Shown here: positions 8,573 to 19,460 of the stretch, piece after piece
Layout of the letters: every line of letters begins with the position of its first letter
Position numbering within the stretch: position 1 is the first letter of the stretch
Source: a virus
Lineage: Duplodnaviria; Caudoviricetes
IMG/VR virus record: IMGVR_UViG_3300020409_000025
Coordinates: 1 to 51,000 of that record
Length of the DNA stretch: 51,000 nt
Reading direction: 5' to 3' (one strand)
Notes under the pieces: generated by a model
The model's input: only the letters and a program-made list of their open reading frames with translations
Database searches by the model: none
Told to the model about the DNA's origin: nothing
Made by a program: the position numbers and the translations under genes

Positions 8573-10671
8573 TGGCAAGAGAAATAGATTTAAGTGGAAT
8601 AGCAGCAGGAGTACAACAGGCTAATCAAGCTAGAAGAGATTTTGTTAAAGATGCTTTTGATGACGAAAGAGATGACAGGTTTAAATCAAGCTTTGTAAAA
8701 CCTTTTGTTCAAGAAACTGTTTTTGATGGTCCAGAAAGAAGAAGAAAAGAACGCATTGAACTTCAAATGCGTGGTCCTGAACTTATGAACAGTATTAATA
8801 ATTCTAAAGCTAAATTAATTAACAGTCGTAGTGAAAGTTTAAAAAGTACCTTCGATAGAATTGAAAACTATGCAGATGGTCCTGAAGCAGGAGCAAGAAT
8901 TGTAGCAGAAGAGTTAATGGCTAATTCAGAAATAGGTAAAACATTTTTAGGTAGTGGCATATTTGACCCTAATGACCCTAAATATAGTTTTGTTCCTGCA
9001 ACTCTTAAAAATCAAATGGCACAACTTTATGAAGAAAGAATTAATAAACAAGCTGAATTTATTTTAAAAACTCATAATGAAATAAAAGACTCTGGAATTT
9101 TAAAAAACTATGATGTAAGTAATGCTTATTTAATGTCTCAAGCTAATTTTGACAAAGCAACTGCTGCAATTAATTTAGACGTGGGATTATCTGACCCATT
9201 TAGACGAGGAGTTAATGCTATATTTGGTGATGACGAAGCTGCTGATGTTGCAATGCTTTACAAACAAGCCGGTGCAATTCAAGATAAAATAAATAAATTT
9301 TATGAGGAGTCTGAAAAGTTTGTTAAATTAAATAGCACTATTGTTAAAGTTGATGATAATTTAACTACTTATTTAAGTGCTGTTAATAACCTTAATGAAG
9401 AAGATTATAAAAACTTTACTAAAGACTCTCGTATTGCAATCAATCAACTTGGTACAAATGACCAAAGCGAACTTTATAAAAATATTTTTACTACTCGTGA
9501 AGGTATTTTAGCTCAATGGGAAGATGGTGAATTAGATGAAAACGGAAATTATGTAGCTAATCCAACAAGATTTGACGGCAGTAAGCTACCTGTAAATCCT
9601 TTTGGAATGGTAAGAACTTTTAGAGAAACTTGGTTCGGTAAAAATGATGCAATGGTAGCTGAAGAAAACATTACTTATCGTGAAAGAGCTATTGTTGATG
9701 GTAAATTAGTTGAAAGAGATGTTCCACTAGGAATTTCAGACTTTAGAAGTTTTTTAGGTGGTATGGTAACTAATGTTGCTACCGGTTTAAAATTTGAATC
9801 TGAAAGAGTTGGCAATACTTTTGCTAAATCAGATGCAGATTATTTAAATGCTGCTTATGTTCTTTTAGCTAAAAATGGTTATATAAGAATGAAAGATGCT
9901 AATGATATTGAAAAAGGTTTAATTCTTGTAAGACCTTTAAGTACTTCTCAAGTTATTTCTGGAAGTGGAGCACTTTCTACAGATGAAAGAGAAAGATTAG
10001 GTATTGATAATTTATACAACATGAGTGTAAATAGAACAATAAAAGATGCTGAAAAAACTGGTGGAGGCGATGACGAAACATTTGTTAAGACTATTACAGC
10101 TAATGCAGAAAATGATATAGAAGAAGAATTAGACGAAACTGAAGATGTCGATGATAGAGAAAGACTTTTTATAGCTTTAGATGATGTTAATAATTCAAAG
10201 CTTAGTGATAATGACAAGCGTAGATTAATTGTAAAACAACTAATTGCTCCTACTAAAAGTAATCAAGGAGTATCTTATGTATACGATGCAGCAGCAGGTT
10301 TAACATACACTGCTGGAGAATTGACTAAAGCAGATGCAGAATCTATTTACAAAAGACTTCTTTTAGTTAATGAAGTAGACTCAGACCCTGAAATAAGAGG
10401 TTTAATAGATGCAGTATTTACTGGTGGTAATTTAGCTGATACTATGCAACAAGATTTCGCTTTAAAACGAACTCCTATACCTCCATTTATTAGAGGTTTA
10501 ATAAACTTTAATGATAGACAACAACAAGCTTTTGATTTAAAACAATTAGAAGACTATGCTAATGGTAATAGTTTTATAAGTGCTAGAAGGCTAAAAACAT
10601 TATTTGAAAAATATGATTTGGAAGCAAACGCTAGTCCAGAAAAAGTTCAAGAATTTTTAAGAAATATATAA
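8572..10671 (+). CDS. Putative internal virion protein (699 aa)
   Basis: Size and position within the core-protein cluster. Confidence 0.55.
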   Translation: MAREIDLSGIAAGVQQANQARRDFVKDAFDDERDDRFKSSFVKPFVQETVFDGPERRRKERIELQMRGPELMNSINNSKAKLINSRSESLKSTFDRIENYADGPEAGARIVAEELMANSEIGKTFLGSGIFDPNDPKYSFVPATLKNQMAQLYEERINKQAEFILKTHNEIKDSGILKNYDVSNAYLMSQANFDKATAAINLDVGLSDPFRRGVNAIFGDDEAADVAMLYKQAGAIQDKINKFYEESEKFVKLNSTIVKVDDNLTTYLSAVNNLNEEDYKNFTKDSRIAINQLGTNDQSELYKNIFTTREGILAQWEDGELDENGNYVANPTRFDGSKLPVNPFGMVRTFRETWFGKNDAMVAEENITYRERAIVDGKLVERDVPLGISDFRSFLGGMVTNVATGLKFESERVGNTFAKSDADYLNAAYVLLAKNGYIRMKDANDIEKGLILVRPLSTSQVISGSGALSTDERERLGIDNLYNMSVNRTIKDAEKTGGGDDETFVKTITANAENDIEEELDETEDVDDRERLFIALDDVNNSKLSDNDKRRLIVKQLIAPTKSNQGVSYVYDAAAGLTYTAGELTKADAESIYKRLLLVNEVDSDPEIRGLIDAVFTGGNLADTMQQDFALKRTPIPPFIRGLINFNDRQQQAFDLKQLEDYANGNSFISARRLKTLFEKYDLEANASPEKVQEFLRNI

Positions 10672-10672
10672 T

Positions 10673-13600
10673 ATGTCTTTATTTGATATTAAAACTCCTA
10701 ATTTAAAGGAGAATAAACCTGTTGAAAAACAGCCGATAATTTTACAAGATGAACCAATTAATCATCGTGGTGAGGGTAATTTTTTATTAAAAGATTATCA
10801 AAGTAAAAATTTATTTACTATTGATGATTCTAAAATTAAAACTACATCTTTTAATCAACAACCTTTTCAATTAGATTATAGAACTCTAAAACCTAATTAT
10901 GGTGTTACAGACTTTGAAAATAATAAAGAAGTTATTAGAGATGCCGAAAAAGTTTTAGGATATTTTGGCAGTAATGATGAGATTGTTGAGTGGTTAAGAG
11001 ATGCTGAAATAAGCACTACGAGTTTAGTTGCTAGAGCATTTAAAGCAAAGAATGCACCAGATGATGTAAAACTAGCTTATGCTAGACTACAAAATAATTT
11101 TCGCAAAGCTAATTTAAAAAATCCTACTGAGTGGATTGGCTTACTAAAAAATGGTTTTGTTGATGTAATGGCAGACCCATTAACTATTCTTTCTTTAATA
11201 GCTGCTCCTTTTACAGCAGGAGCTTCTTTTGCTGCTAAAACTGCAATAAATCAAGCTATTAAACAAGGTCTTAAAAGATACAGTCTTTCAGAAGCTACGA
11301 AGTTAGGTACAAGACCAGCAATATTAACTGGAATAGAAGGTGCTGCTTGGTCAGGCTTACATAACTATTACAATCAAGACTTAGATATTAATTTAGGACT
11401 AAGAAATAATCTTGATTTAAATGAGTTATTAACAGTTACTACTACAGGGGGAGTGCTTGGTGGTGCATTAGGTTTTACATCTGGAGCATTAGATGGTCGT
11501 AAATATTTTAAAAAATCATACATCTTACATAATGCTGATGAGCAAATTAAAGTTGCCGACTCTAAAACTAGAAAGCAAGTAGTAGAAACAGAACAAGCTT
11601 ACGATGCAGTTTTGCCTACCTTTAACAGTCCTAAAGTATTAATGGAAAGAGCTATCGGAGGATTTTTTGGTAAAGCTACTACTCCGTTATTAACTATTGC
11701 TAAGTCTTCTAAAACTTTAGATTACTTTTTAAGACAGCTCCGTTATGATTATGGTCGTACAACTTTTGGTTCTGGTTTTAAAGAAAAAACAAACGAAGAA
11801 GCTTTATCTTTATATGAAGGTATAGCTTTAGGTTTTGGTAAAAGACATTATCCATTAGAACAAATATTTAATAAATTAGGCAGGACTTCTAGATACGAAA
11901 ACTTTTTTCAAGCAAGAATTACTAGAGAAGACAATGCAGCTCTACTTAAATTATTACAAACTAGAGGAACAGCTAAACAATTTGAATACAATAAAGAAGT
12001 TTTAGATATTTCTGATGAAGTAAGAGAAGCTTACAAAGGTATAAAAAAATTATTAGATGATACTTTTGATGAAGGTGTTGATGTAGGTATTTTTAGAAAA
12101 CAAAACAGAGTTCAAAATTATTTTCCAAGAATATTTTCTTTTGGTTTATTACAAGCAAATAAATCACAATTTAAAGATTTATTAAAAAAACATGGTTATG
12201 CTACACCTATAAATACAAAAACAAAAAAATATCAAAAATATTATAATAAATTAGAATTAGATAAACCAGAAGGTGAAAGAACTATTGAGTTAGGTATTCC
12301 TGCTGATGCCAGAACTATTGACCAAGAAGCTTTTGGATTACAACAAAAATATGGTGTTGATAGTTTTGAAGACTTGGCTATACAAAGAGGAGCTAAAGAA
12401 TCTGAAGTAGCTGAAAAAGCTATTGATTTAAAAGCAAATGAAATAGTTGAGAATATGTTAGCAATGCGACATACTCCATTTGAATTTAGACCTACTGGAA
12501 GTGTTGGTGCTGGAAAAGGCTATATGCAACATCGAGTGTTTACCAAAATACCTGATGACGAATTAGTAAACTTTTTAGAAACAGATGTTACTGATGTTTT
12601 AACAGATTACTTTACTAGCACAACTCAGACCATAGAAAGAACTAAAAGATTTGGTTTAACTCTTGGTGACTTTGATGAAAAAATTATTCAAAAAATAGAA
12701 CAAGAATTAAATGATAATTTACCTGCAAATTTAAGTACAGAACAAAGAATAAAATATGGTGAAGATATTCAAACTATTTTACAGAAAGTTAGAGATTTGC
12801 ATGGTAAGAGTACAGGATTAGATGTTGATAGACCTACTACTTTAGGTGGAGGTAAACTACAAACTATTTCTGAATGGGGTAGATTAACTCAACAAGTAGC
12901 TCACTTACCTTTAGCAGTTATTTCAAGTATAACAGAACCTATCATTATGTTATCGAGAGTAGGGGTTACAGATGCTCCTGCAGCCGTAGCAGAAATAGGA
13001 AAGTCTATTGTTAAAGGTATACAAAAAACTGTAGACAGAACTATACAAGGAGCAAAATCGGTTGCCACTGGTAAAAAAGTTACTTTTAAAGACTTGGATG
13101 ACGATTATTGGAAAGAGCTTTATGATGTTGGTTTAGCTTTAGAATCTGCAACACTTGATGGTTTTGATAGACTTGCAAGTGGTGATGCTTTAACTGGTAG
13201 AAGAGCTAAGGGTTTACAGAATATGTTCTTTAAAATGAACTTTCTTACACAATGGACACAATCAGTTCAAGCAGCTTCTTTTGTAACAGGGCAAAAAATT
13301 ATTAGACGAAATGCTCAAAAGCTTTATGAAGATTCTATTGGAGCAACAACTTTATCTACTGGTAATTTTAGAAACGCTGGAGTAAATCAAAAAGATTATT
13401 TAACAGGACAATTAAATGAATTAGGTATTGACGAACAAGATGCAATTAATTGGTATCGTCAATCTTTAAATGAAAATAAAGAATTTGATGTAAATTTATC
13501 TCAACAATTAGATTTTTATTCTGAGAAATATTTACCCGGAGCAGGAAGATTTGTTAACGAGGTTATTCTTAACCCTTCTGTTGCAGCAGCAAATAAACCA

Positions 13601-15244
13601 TTAATGTTTAGTAGCCCCGCAGGGAAACTACTATTTCAATTTGCTGGTTATCCGACTGCATTTAATAACATTGTAATGAAAAGGTTTGTAAATGAAAGTT
13701 TTAAATACCCGATGTCTGCTTCTCCTAAAGTTCTAGGGGCTACTTTAGCTATGACTTCAGTAGCCGTATTAGGTAATTATTTAAGAAGTGAAGGTACTTC
13801 TTTTGTGGACTATCAAACTGGTAGACCAAAAACAGAAGGTGAAATAATAGCAGATGCTTGGGCAAGATGGGGAGGCTTTGCTTTCTTTGATTATGCTAGA
13901 AGAATAAATCAAAATTATAAATATGGTTCAGGAACTATTGGTTCACTAGCTAAAGGAGTAACTGGTCCTTTACCTGCAGATGCAGTTGACATGATTTTAT
14001 ATAGAAAAGGTATTTTTTCTATAGGAGCTTCTAACACACCTTTTTATGGAGCTATGGGTTTATTTGATAAAGATGCTCAAAAAGCTTGGCGAACAGCAGG
14101 AAGAGAACTAGATAAAAAAGTAGAAGGATTTATTTTTGGAGAAAAAAAATCTTCATCTAATAGAAGAATGAGATATAGAACTGGAGGACCTTCAGTTAAT
14201 GTTCCTAATGCTCCTGATAGACCAGAAGAAAGAGTAAATAAAAATACTGGTGTACCTTATGACTTAGAAGCTGGACCAACTGCACAGCCTGAAAAGAACA
14301 GAAGTGGCTTGAGTGAAGAAGGTAAGTTATTAGCAACACTTCAAAGAAGACAGAAAAAATTTACAGGTGGTGCAGAAAATTTAGTAGAAGATACAGTTTT
14401 AGATATGGTTAAAGATAAGTCTTGGTTTAAAAGAGCTACTGAACCAGAAGGAGAATTATATAAAGGCAAACATACTTTACTAACAACTTCTATGGAAGTA
14501 GACGGTAAAGAATATTTATTTCCTACAATTAGAGAAGTAAATGGAAAACTTAAAAAACTATCAAATCAAGCTGCTCTTAAAGAAGCAATGAGAAAAAAAG
14601 ATTTTTTAGTCTTTGAAGGTAAAGATAAAGAAGAAAGAATTGCGAAGGCTAACGAAGTATCTGAAATAATCAGCAATCTTGTTATGCCTACAAGAGAAAA
14701 TAGAATGAAAAAAGTTACTGGTGGTGTTGGAGCAACTGTTGAGTCTTTGATTAATAAAAAAAACAATGAACCTGTTAGATATAACAATCCCGGAAATATA
14801 GAAGAAGGTCAAGGATATGCAGGAGAAACTGGTAATGTTTATAACGAAAAAAGAAGAAAAGAAGGAATGAAAGCTTTTGTGGTATTTGATACTCCAGAAG
14901 CCGGTATTCGTGCAATCATGAGAGATACTAGAAGTAAAATTAAAAATAGTAAAGGAGATTTAAAAGCTATGATATATAGATATGCTCCTCCAAGTGATAA
15001 AAACCCTACAGAAAAATATTATAATTTTGTTTTAGGAATGGTAAATAATAAAAAAATTGTAACTGAAGAAGACATACCTAATATTGTGAGAGGTATTATT
15101 AAATTTGAAAATACAAAAGAACTTGCAGATTTTTATTTACAGCCAGAAATTTTTAACAAAGCGATTGCAATAAGTAAACAAGATTTTAAAACTGGAACTA
15201 CTACTCAACAAATGTTAGAAGCAGTTAATTATTATAATAAATGA
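10673..15244 (+). CDS. Large internal virion protein (T7 gp16-like role) with C-terminal lysozyme-like/muralytic domain
   Basis: 1523 aa; the C-terminal RYNNPGNI...FDTPEAGIRA...RYAPPSDKNPT motifs are typical of phage lysozyme-like domains. Confidence 0.7.
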   Translation: MSLFDIKTPNLKENKPVEKQPIILQDEPINHRGEGNFLLKDYQSKNLFTIDDSKIKTTSFNQQPFQLDYRTLKPNYGVTDFENNKEVIRDAEKVLGYFGSNDEIVEWLRDAEISTTSLVARAFKAKNAPDDVKLAYARLQNNFRKANLKNPTEWIGLLKNGFVDVMADPLTILSLIAAPFTAGASFAAKTAINQAIKQGLKRYSLSEATKLGTRPAILTGIEGAAWSGLHNYYNQDLDINLGLRNNLDLNELLTVTTTGGVLGGALGFTSGALDGRKYFKKSYILHNADEQIKVADSKTRKQVVETEQAYDAVLPTFNSPKVLMERAIGGFFGKATTPLLTIAKSSKTLDYFLRQLRYDYGRTTFGSGFKEKTNEEALSLYEGIALGFGKRHYPLEQIFNKLGRTSRYENFFQARITREDNAALLKLLQTRGTAKQFEYNKEVLDISDEVREAYKGIKKLLDDTFDEGVDVGIFRKQNRVQNYFPRIFSFGLLQANKSQFKDLLKKHGYATPINTKTKKYQKYYNKLELDKPEGERTIELGIPADARTIDQEAFGLQQKYGVDSFEDLAIQRGAKESEVAEKAIDLKANEIVENMLAMRHTPFEFRPTGSVGAGKGYMQHRVFTKIPDDELVNFLETDVTDVLTDYFTSTTQTIERTKRFGLTLGDFDEKIIQKIEQELNDNLPANLSTEQRIKYGEDIQTILQKVRDLHGKSTGLDVDRPTTLGGGKLQTISEWGRLTQQVAHLPLAVISSITEPIIMLSRVGVTDAPAAVAEIGKSIVKGIQKTVDRTIQGAKSVATGKKVTFKDLDDDYWKELYDVGLALESATLDGFDRLASGDALTGRRAKGLQNMFFKMNFLTQWTQSVQAASFVTGQKIIRRNAQKLYEDSIGATTLSTGNFRNAGVNQKDYLTGQLNELGIDEQDAINWYRQSLNENKEFDVNLSQQLDFYSEKYLPGAGRFVNEVILNPSVAAANKPLMFSSPAGKLLFQFAGYPTAFNNIVMKRFVNESFKYPMSASPKVLGATLAMTSVAVLGNYLRSEGTSFVDYQTGRPKTEGEIIADAWARWGGFAFFDYARRINQNYKYGSGTIGSLAKGVTGPLPADAVDMILYRKGIFSIGASNTPFYGAMGLFDKDAQKAWRTAGRELDKKVEGFIFGEKKSSSNRRMRYRTGGPSVNVPNAPDRPEERVNKNTGVPYDLEAGPTAQPEKNRSGLSEEGKLLATLQRRQKKFTGGAENLVEDTVLDMVKDKSWFKRATEPEGELYKGKHTLLTTSMEVDGKEYLFPTIREVNGKLKKLSNQAALKEAMRKKDFLVFEGKDKEERIAKANEVSEIISNLVMPTRENRMKKVTGGVGATVESLINKKNNEPVRYNNPGNIEEGQGYAGETGNVYNEKRRKEGMKAFVVFDTPEAGIRAIMRDTRSKIKNSKGDLKAMIYRYAPPSDKNPTEKYYNFVLGMVNNKKIVTEEDIPNIVRGIIKFENTKELADFYLQPEIFNKAIAISKQDFKTGTTTQQMLEAVNYYNK

Positions 15245-15489
15245 TACTATATAGAGAAAAAGATTTAGATGAAGCTTACAAGGTAGATTGTAAAGCTCGT
15301 ACTCGTAATGACATGCCTTGGATAAAGCGAGAAGATTTTAGAAAAATATACGAAGACTTAATGGATTTATATATGATACAACTAAGCCCTAAACAGCTTT
15401 TAGAAGTCGAAGAGATTCCTGAAGTATTACTAGACTCATTAAAAGGAATACTAAATAAAAGCTTACACTTTGAACCAGAGGAAAAATAA
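15241..15489 (+). CDS. Hypothetical protein
   Basis: Overlaps both neighbouring genes in a translationally coupled arrangement. Confidence 0.65.
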   Translation: MILYREKDLDEAYKVDCKARTRNDMPWIKREDFRKIYEDLMDLYMIQLSPKQLLEVEEIPEVLLDSLKGILNKSLHFEPEEK

Positions 15490-15923
15490 TGGGCTTTCCT
15501 TTTGAAATAATTACCATGCTTGGTTCTACTGTACTTAGTGGAGTTATGAGTATCTGGGCAGAAAGTAGAAAGGCAAAAGCAGAAGAACAAAAGCTACTTA
15601 TCTCTAGAGGTGAGTTTGAAATGAAAGCTGTAGCTGCTGCTCGTAATGTAGAGAATGTAGGCTTTCAATGGACTAGAAGAATTATCGCACTAACTGCTAT
15701 CTTTGCAATCGTAGTACTGCCAAAATTAGTTGCAGTCTTTGCTCCAGATATTTCAGTGACAGTTGGTTATACGCAATTTAAACCCGGATTTTTATTCTTT
15801 ACACAAGATGTAGAGATATTTAAATGGATAACATTTGAGGGCTTAGTAATAACTCAATTAGATACAAACTTAGTATCGGCTATCATTGGTATGTATTTTG
15901 GTGGTAGCTTAGTAAAGCGATGA
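15489..15923 (+). CDS. Putative holin (3-TM, GTA-holin-like)
   Basis: Three hydrophobic segments with WTRRIIAL and IIGMYFG motifs. Confidence 0.6.
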   Translation: MGFPFEIITMLGSTVLSGVMSIWAESRKAKAEEQKLLISRGEFEMKAVAAARNVENVGFQWTRRIIALTAIFAIVVLPKLVAVFAPDISVTVGYTQFKPGFLFFTQDVEIFKWITFEGLVITQLDTNLVSAIIGMYFGGSLVKR

Positions 15924-16207
15924 AAGGATTAGACTATATAGGCATAATAGAAACAATAGGAATACCTATGGTAGCTGCTATTGGTATGGGGTATTTAGTA
16001 TGGCTAGTAGTAAAGTTTTTGATGGCTGACATTCATAAAAAATTAGATACTCAGCATCAAATGATTGTTGCCTTGATAGATAGAATCAGGCAAATGGATA
16101 ATGATATGATTCGGATTGATGCCATGTGTAGAGCTGCAATGGGTCTAGACCCTGACGTTAGCCGAATAGCCAGAGCAGACGGTCAAAAAGACCAACGCAA
16201 AGACTAA
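15920..16207 (+). CDS. Membrane protein, possible lysis accessory
   Basis: N-terminal transmembrane helix (IGIPMVAAIGMGYLVWLVV) followed by a coiled coil. Confidence 0.6.
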   Translation: MKGLDYIGIIETIGIPMVAAIGMGYLVWLVVKFLMADIHKKLDTQHQMIVALIDRIRQMDNDMIRIDAMCRAAMGLDPDVSRIARADGQKDQRKD

Positions 16208-16228
16208 CTCATAAAAACTTTATCAGGT

Positions 16229-16251
16229 GCTGAATAGCTTGTCTATTCGGT
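16229..16251. terminator. Hairpin near the convergence point of the two genome arms
   Basis: GCTGAATAG-cttgt-CTATTCGGT stem-loop; no strong U-tract. Confidence 0.3.
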
Positions 16252-16283
16252 AGAATTAACTATTTTTCACAGGAGGTAAAAGA

Positions 16284-16367
16284 GTGAGGACAGACGAAAC
16301 TGTATGCGTACTATGCATAATGTTTTGGGTTGCTTGTGGTATGTTTTATGCTACTGTAACTTTTTAA
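16284..16367 (+). CDS. Small hydrophobic Cys-containing peptide (27 aa)
   Basis: Strong SD AGGAGGT at 16271 and a GTG start; translates as MRTDETVCVLCIMFWVACGMFYATVTF. Confidence 0.5.
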   Translation: MRTDETVCVLCIMFWVACGMFYATVTF

Positions 16368-16612
16368 TCCGTATTTTGAACACGGGCATTTAAACAAGAT
16401 TCAATATAACTATGTATTTCATCAAGTTTAACTGTAGCTTCTCTTATGATAACCCGAAGATTTTCATAGTCTTGTCGGGATAGATATTTTTTAAGTTTCG
16501 CTATATCAACTTTAGTTCTTTCAGTGACAAGGTTTCCACTTTTGTCATACAGCAATCTATAAGCTAAAAGTTGTGCTTCATTTCGTTTCGTTTTCATTGT
16601 TAAATCCTGCAA
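16364..16612 (-). CDS. Hypothetical protein (start probably the internal Met, MKTKRNE)
   Basis: Last ORF of the minus-strand arm; overlaps the nrdB end. Confidence 0.6.
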   Translation of the reverse strand: MQDLTMKTKRNEAQLLAYRLLYDKSGNLVTERTKVDIAKLKKYLSRQDYENLRVIIREATVKLDEIHSYIESCLNARVQNTD

Positions 16613-17570
16613 AGGTTAATTGTCCGTAATCACCTCTGAGTCCAGCTTTCTGATATGAAGTAGCTCTACCTTCAAAAAAGTTTTGATGTTCAACTCCCAA
16701 CACATCGTCTAACCATGTCAGAGGATTATCTTTTTGATTAAAGTTAGGTTTAAGTCCTAACTGTAATAATCTCCTATCGGCAATGTATTTGTTATACGCA
16801 TACATTTCCTCTTTGGTTAGCCCTTCTATATCTCCCATCTCAAATACTAAGTCAAGAAACTTTTCTTCAAGTTTTACCATCTCTCTACATATCTGATAGA
16901 TTTCTTTTTTAAAGTCGTCTGTCCAGATTTCTAGATTTTCTTTGATAAATTCTCTAAATAATTTAGTCATAGCTTCTACATGTAAGCTTTCATCTTTAAT
17001 AGAGTATGCCACAATCTGACACATACCTTTCATCTTACCAAATCTTTGAAAGTTCATTAGTATAGCGAAGCTACTGAATAGCTGTAAGCCTTCCGTAAAG
17101 GCTGAATAAACGGCTAAAGCTTTAGCAATAGTCTTCTTATCAGATTTAATAGTTTTAAGGTCTGTAATGTACGCATGTTTGTCAGACATTTCTTCGTATT
17201 CAGCAAAAGCTTTGTACTCTATCTCAGGCATTCCAACAGTATCTAATAGTAAACTGTAGGCATGTTGATGAATTGCTTCCATATTGCCAAAGGACAGCAT
17301 CATCATTCTAGCTTCTGGAAGTTTGAAAAGTTGCATATACTTTTCTACATAACCCGAAGCAACATCTACATCTGACTGAGTAAACAATCTGAATATCTGA
17401 ACTAAAAGATTCTTTTCTGAATCAGTTAATCTTTCATTCCAATCTTTTACATCAGTATGTAGTGGCACTGACATAGGATGCCAATGCATTCTGTTTTGTA
17501 AATCGTAATACTCAAACATCCAACTGTAGTCGAATGGTTTGTAGTAATCTCTAGTTTTTAATAAGCTCAT
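16578..17570 (-). CDS. nrdB: Ribonucleotide reductase class Ia beta subunit
   Basis: FTQSDVDV, EAIHQHAYS, EGLQLFSSF, DESLH and NFFE motifs. Confidence 0.95.
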   Translation of the reverse strand: MSLLKTRDYYKPFDYSWMFEYYDLQNRMHWHPMSVPLHTDVKDWNERLTDSEKNLLVQIFRLFTQSDVDVASGYVEKYMQLFKLPEARMMMLSFGNMEAIHQHAYSLLLDTVGMPEIEYKAFAEYEEMSDKHAYITDLKTIKSDKKTIAKALAVYSAFTEGLQLFSSFAILMNFQRFGKMKGMCQIVAYSIKDESLHVEAMTKLFREFIKENLEIWTDDFKKEIYQICREMVKLEEKFLDLVFEMGDIEGLTKEEMYAYNKYIADRRLLQLGLKPNFNQKDNPLTWLDDVLGVEHQNFFEGRATSYQKAGLRGDYGQLTFAGFNNENETK

Positions 17571-19460
17571 TTATCCCTCACAAGCAATACATTCCACATC
17601 ATCTAACTTTATTCGTGGAACTTTTATATTAACATTCTCTGCAGCTTTAGCAGCATCAGACCTAAAATAATAAAGTGATTTTAATTTATTCGCACCATAC
17701 CAATGAACATCACTAACGTATTGTAAGTATTCATTATGTTGTTCTTGGTCCTGAGTTGAGTCAGGTAAGATAAAAAATAAATTAACACTTTGACTTTGAC
17801 ATATAAACTCTTGTCGCTTATATGCATGTTCGACAACCCAGATTTGATTTATCTCATCTGCAGTTTTAAATACTTCTTTTTCTTCTTTTGTAAATAACTT
17901 TAACTCTTGTATTGACCCACGATTATCACTAATATCTTGCCAAACTTTCTTACGCTTTTTATGGTCAGTTACTTTTTTGTTAATGAGTTTTTCGAGGTTT
18001 TTGTTTTTGACTTTATAGCTTCCAGATAGCGTTTTGTGAGTGAATACGTTAGCCCTGACGGGTTCGATGGATGGAGAAGTTCCCCCACAAATAATACTGG
18101 AACTAGCATTAGGTGCAACAGCAAGGAGATGACAATTCCTAAGACCAGAATTAGAAATATCAGGAGCTTCCCCCCGTAGTACAGCAAGTCTTCGAGATGC
18201 ATTGACAGCAGCTCCCTTGATGAACTTAAATAATTTATAGTTGATTCCAGTCGAGAAGATTCCCTCAAAGGGAATGTTTTGATTCTGTAAATAAGAATGA
18301 AAACCCATTGCTCCAAGACCAATAGACCTTTCACGATAGGCTGAATAAGCAGCTTTTGTAAAACCTTCTTTGCCTTCTTTAATGTGCTTTTTAAATCTTT
18401 CATAGTTTGCATTGTAACCTCCAAGTGAATTTAAATCGACTGCGTTTTCAATAAAGTGTTCTAGTACATTGTCAAGCATAGTGACTAAATCATCAATAAA
18501 TTTTTCTTCCTTAGACCATTCATCAAAGTGTTCAAGGTTAACACTTGACAAACAACATACTGCAGTTCTTTCGTCATTAGTAGGTAAGGTTATTTCTGAA
18601 CATAAGTTACTTTGTTTTACCTCTAAACCTAAATCTTTTTGTCCTTGTGGTAAAGCATCATTACAATTATCTATATTGACAATGTAAGGCTCTCCAGTTT
18701 CTGCTCTAGCATCTAATAGTTTAGACCAGAGTTCTCTAGCTTTTATAATCTTAACAGCTTCATTTGTTTTCGGGTCAATCAATCGCCAATCGTCATCTTC
18801 TTCTACAGCTTTTAAGAACGCATTAGTTATATTAACTCCATTATGTAAGTTCAAACATTTTCTATTTACATCACCACCAGATTCTTTTCTCATTACCATG
18901 AACTCTTCAATCTCCGGATGTGATATATCCATGTAAGCAGCATAACTACCTCGTCTAGTTACCCCTTGATTAAAAGCTAACATTTGCGAGTCTACTACTT
19001 TCATAAATGGTATTGAGCCAGTAGATTTACTACCATTACTTGTAGGTATACCATCACTTCTAACATCGCCCCAATAACCACCAATACCACCACCAGAACT
19101 TGCTAACCAAATGTTTTCATCATAGTGGCTAGATAAACCTTCACGATTATCAGGAACATAATTAAGAAAACAACTGATAGGTAATCCTCTAGTTGTACCA
19201 CCATTAGAAAGAATAGGGGTAGAAAACATAAACCAAAGATTAGAAACATAGTTATAAATTCTTTGAGCCATGTCAAAGTCGGTTTCTTCTTTAAATGTAG
19301 AAACAAATACTGAAGCTCTAGCAAAAGCTTCTTGTGGCGAGGTTTCACTTTGCCATAAGTATCTATCTTGAAGAGTATCTAAACTAAACTTGTCTAGTTT
19401 TTTATCTCTGTCATAGTTTATAATTATTCCTAAATAAGGATGTTCACCCTTTTTTTCCAT
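17571..19460 (-). CDS. nrdA: Ribonucleotide reductase class Ia alpha subunit (no ATP cone)
   Basis: STPILSNGG, PISCF, SNLCSEI, VCCLSSVN, APNASSS, SLYY and C-terminal CIAC motifs. Confidence 0.95.
   Translation of the reverse strand: MEKKGEHPYLGIIINYDRDKKLDKFSLDTLQDRYLWQSETSPQEAFARASVFVSTFKEETDFDMAQRIYNYVSNLWFMFSTPILSNGGTTRGLPISCFLNYVPDNREGLSSHYDENIWLASSGGGIGGYWGDVRSDGIPTSNGSKSTGSIPFMKVVDSQMLAFNQGVTRRGSYAAYMDISHPEIEEFMVMRKESGGDVNRKCLNLHNGVNITNAFLKAVEEDDDWRLIDPKTNEAVKIIKARELWSKLLDARAETGEPYIVNIDNCNDALPQGQKDLGLEVKQSNLCSEITLPTNDERTAVCCLSSVNLEHFDEWSKEEKFIDDLVTMLDNVLEHFIENAVDLNSLGGYNANYERFKKHIKEGKEGFTKAAYSAYRERSIGLGAMGFHSYLQNQNIPFEGIFSTGINYKLFKFIKGAAVNASRRLAVLRGEAPDISNSGLRNCHLLAVAPNASSSIICGGTSPSIEPVRANVFTHKTLSGSYKVKNKNLEKLINKKVTDHKKRKKVWQDISDNRGSIQELKLFTKEEKEVFKTADEINQIWVVEHAYKRQEFICQSQSVNLFFILPDSTQDQEQHNEYLQYVSDVHWYGANKLKSLYYFRSDAAKAAENVNIKVPRIKLDDVECIACEG

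Noticed and set aside
16280-16310. Hammerhead ribozyme (GAGGACAGACGAAAC)
   Set aside because: No CUGAUGA core or flanking stems; the stretch is better explained as a small ORF with a strong SD.
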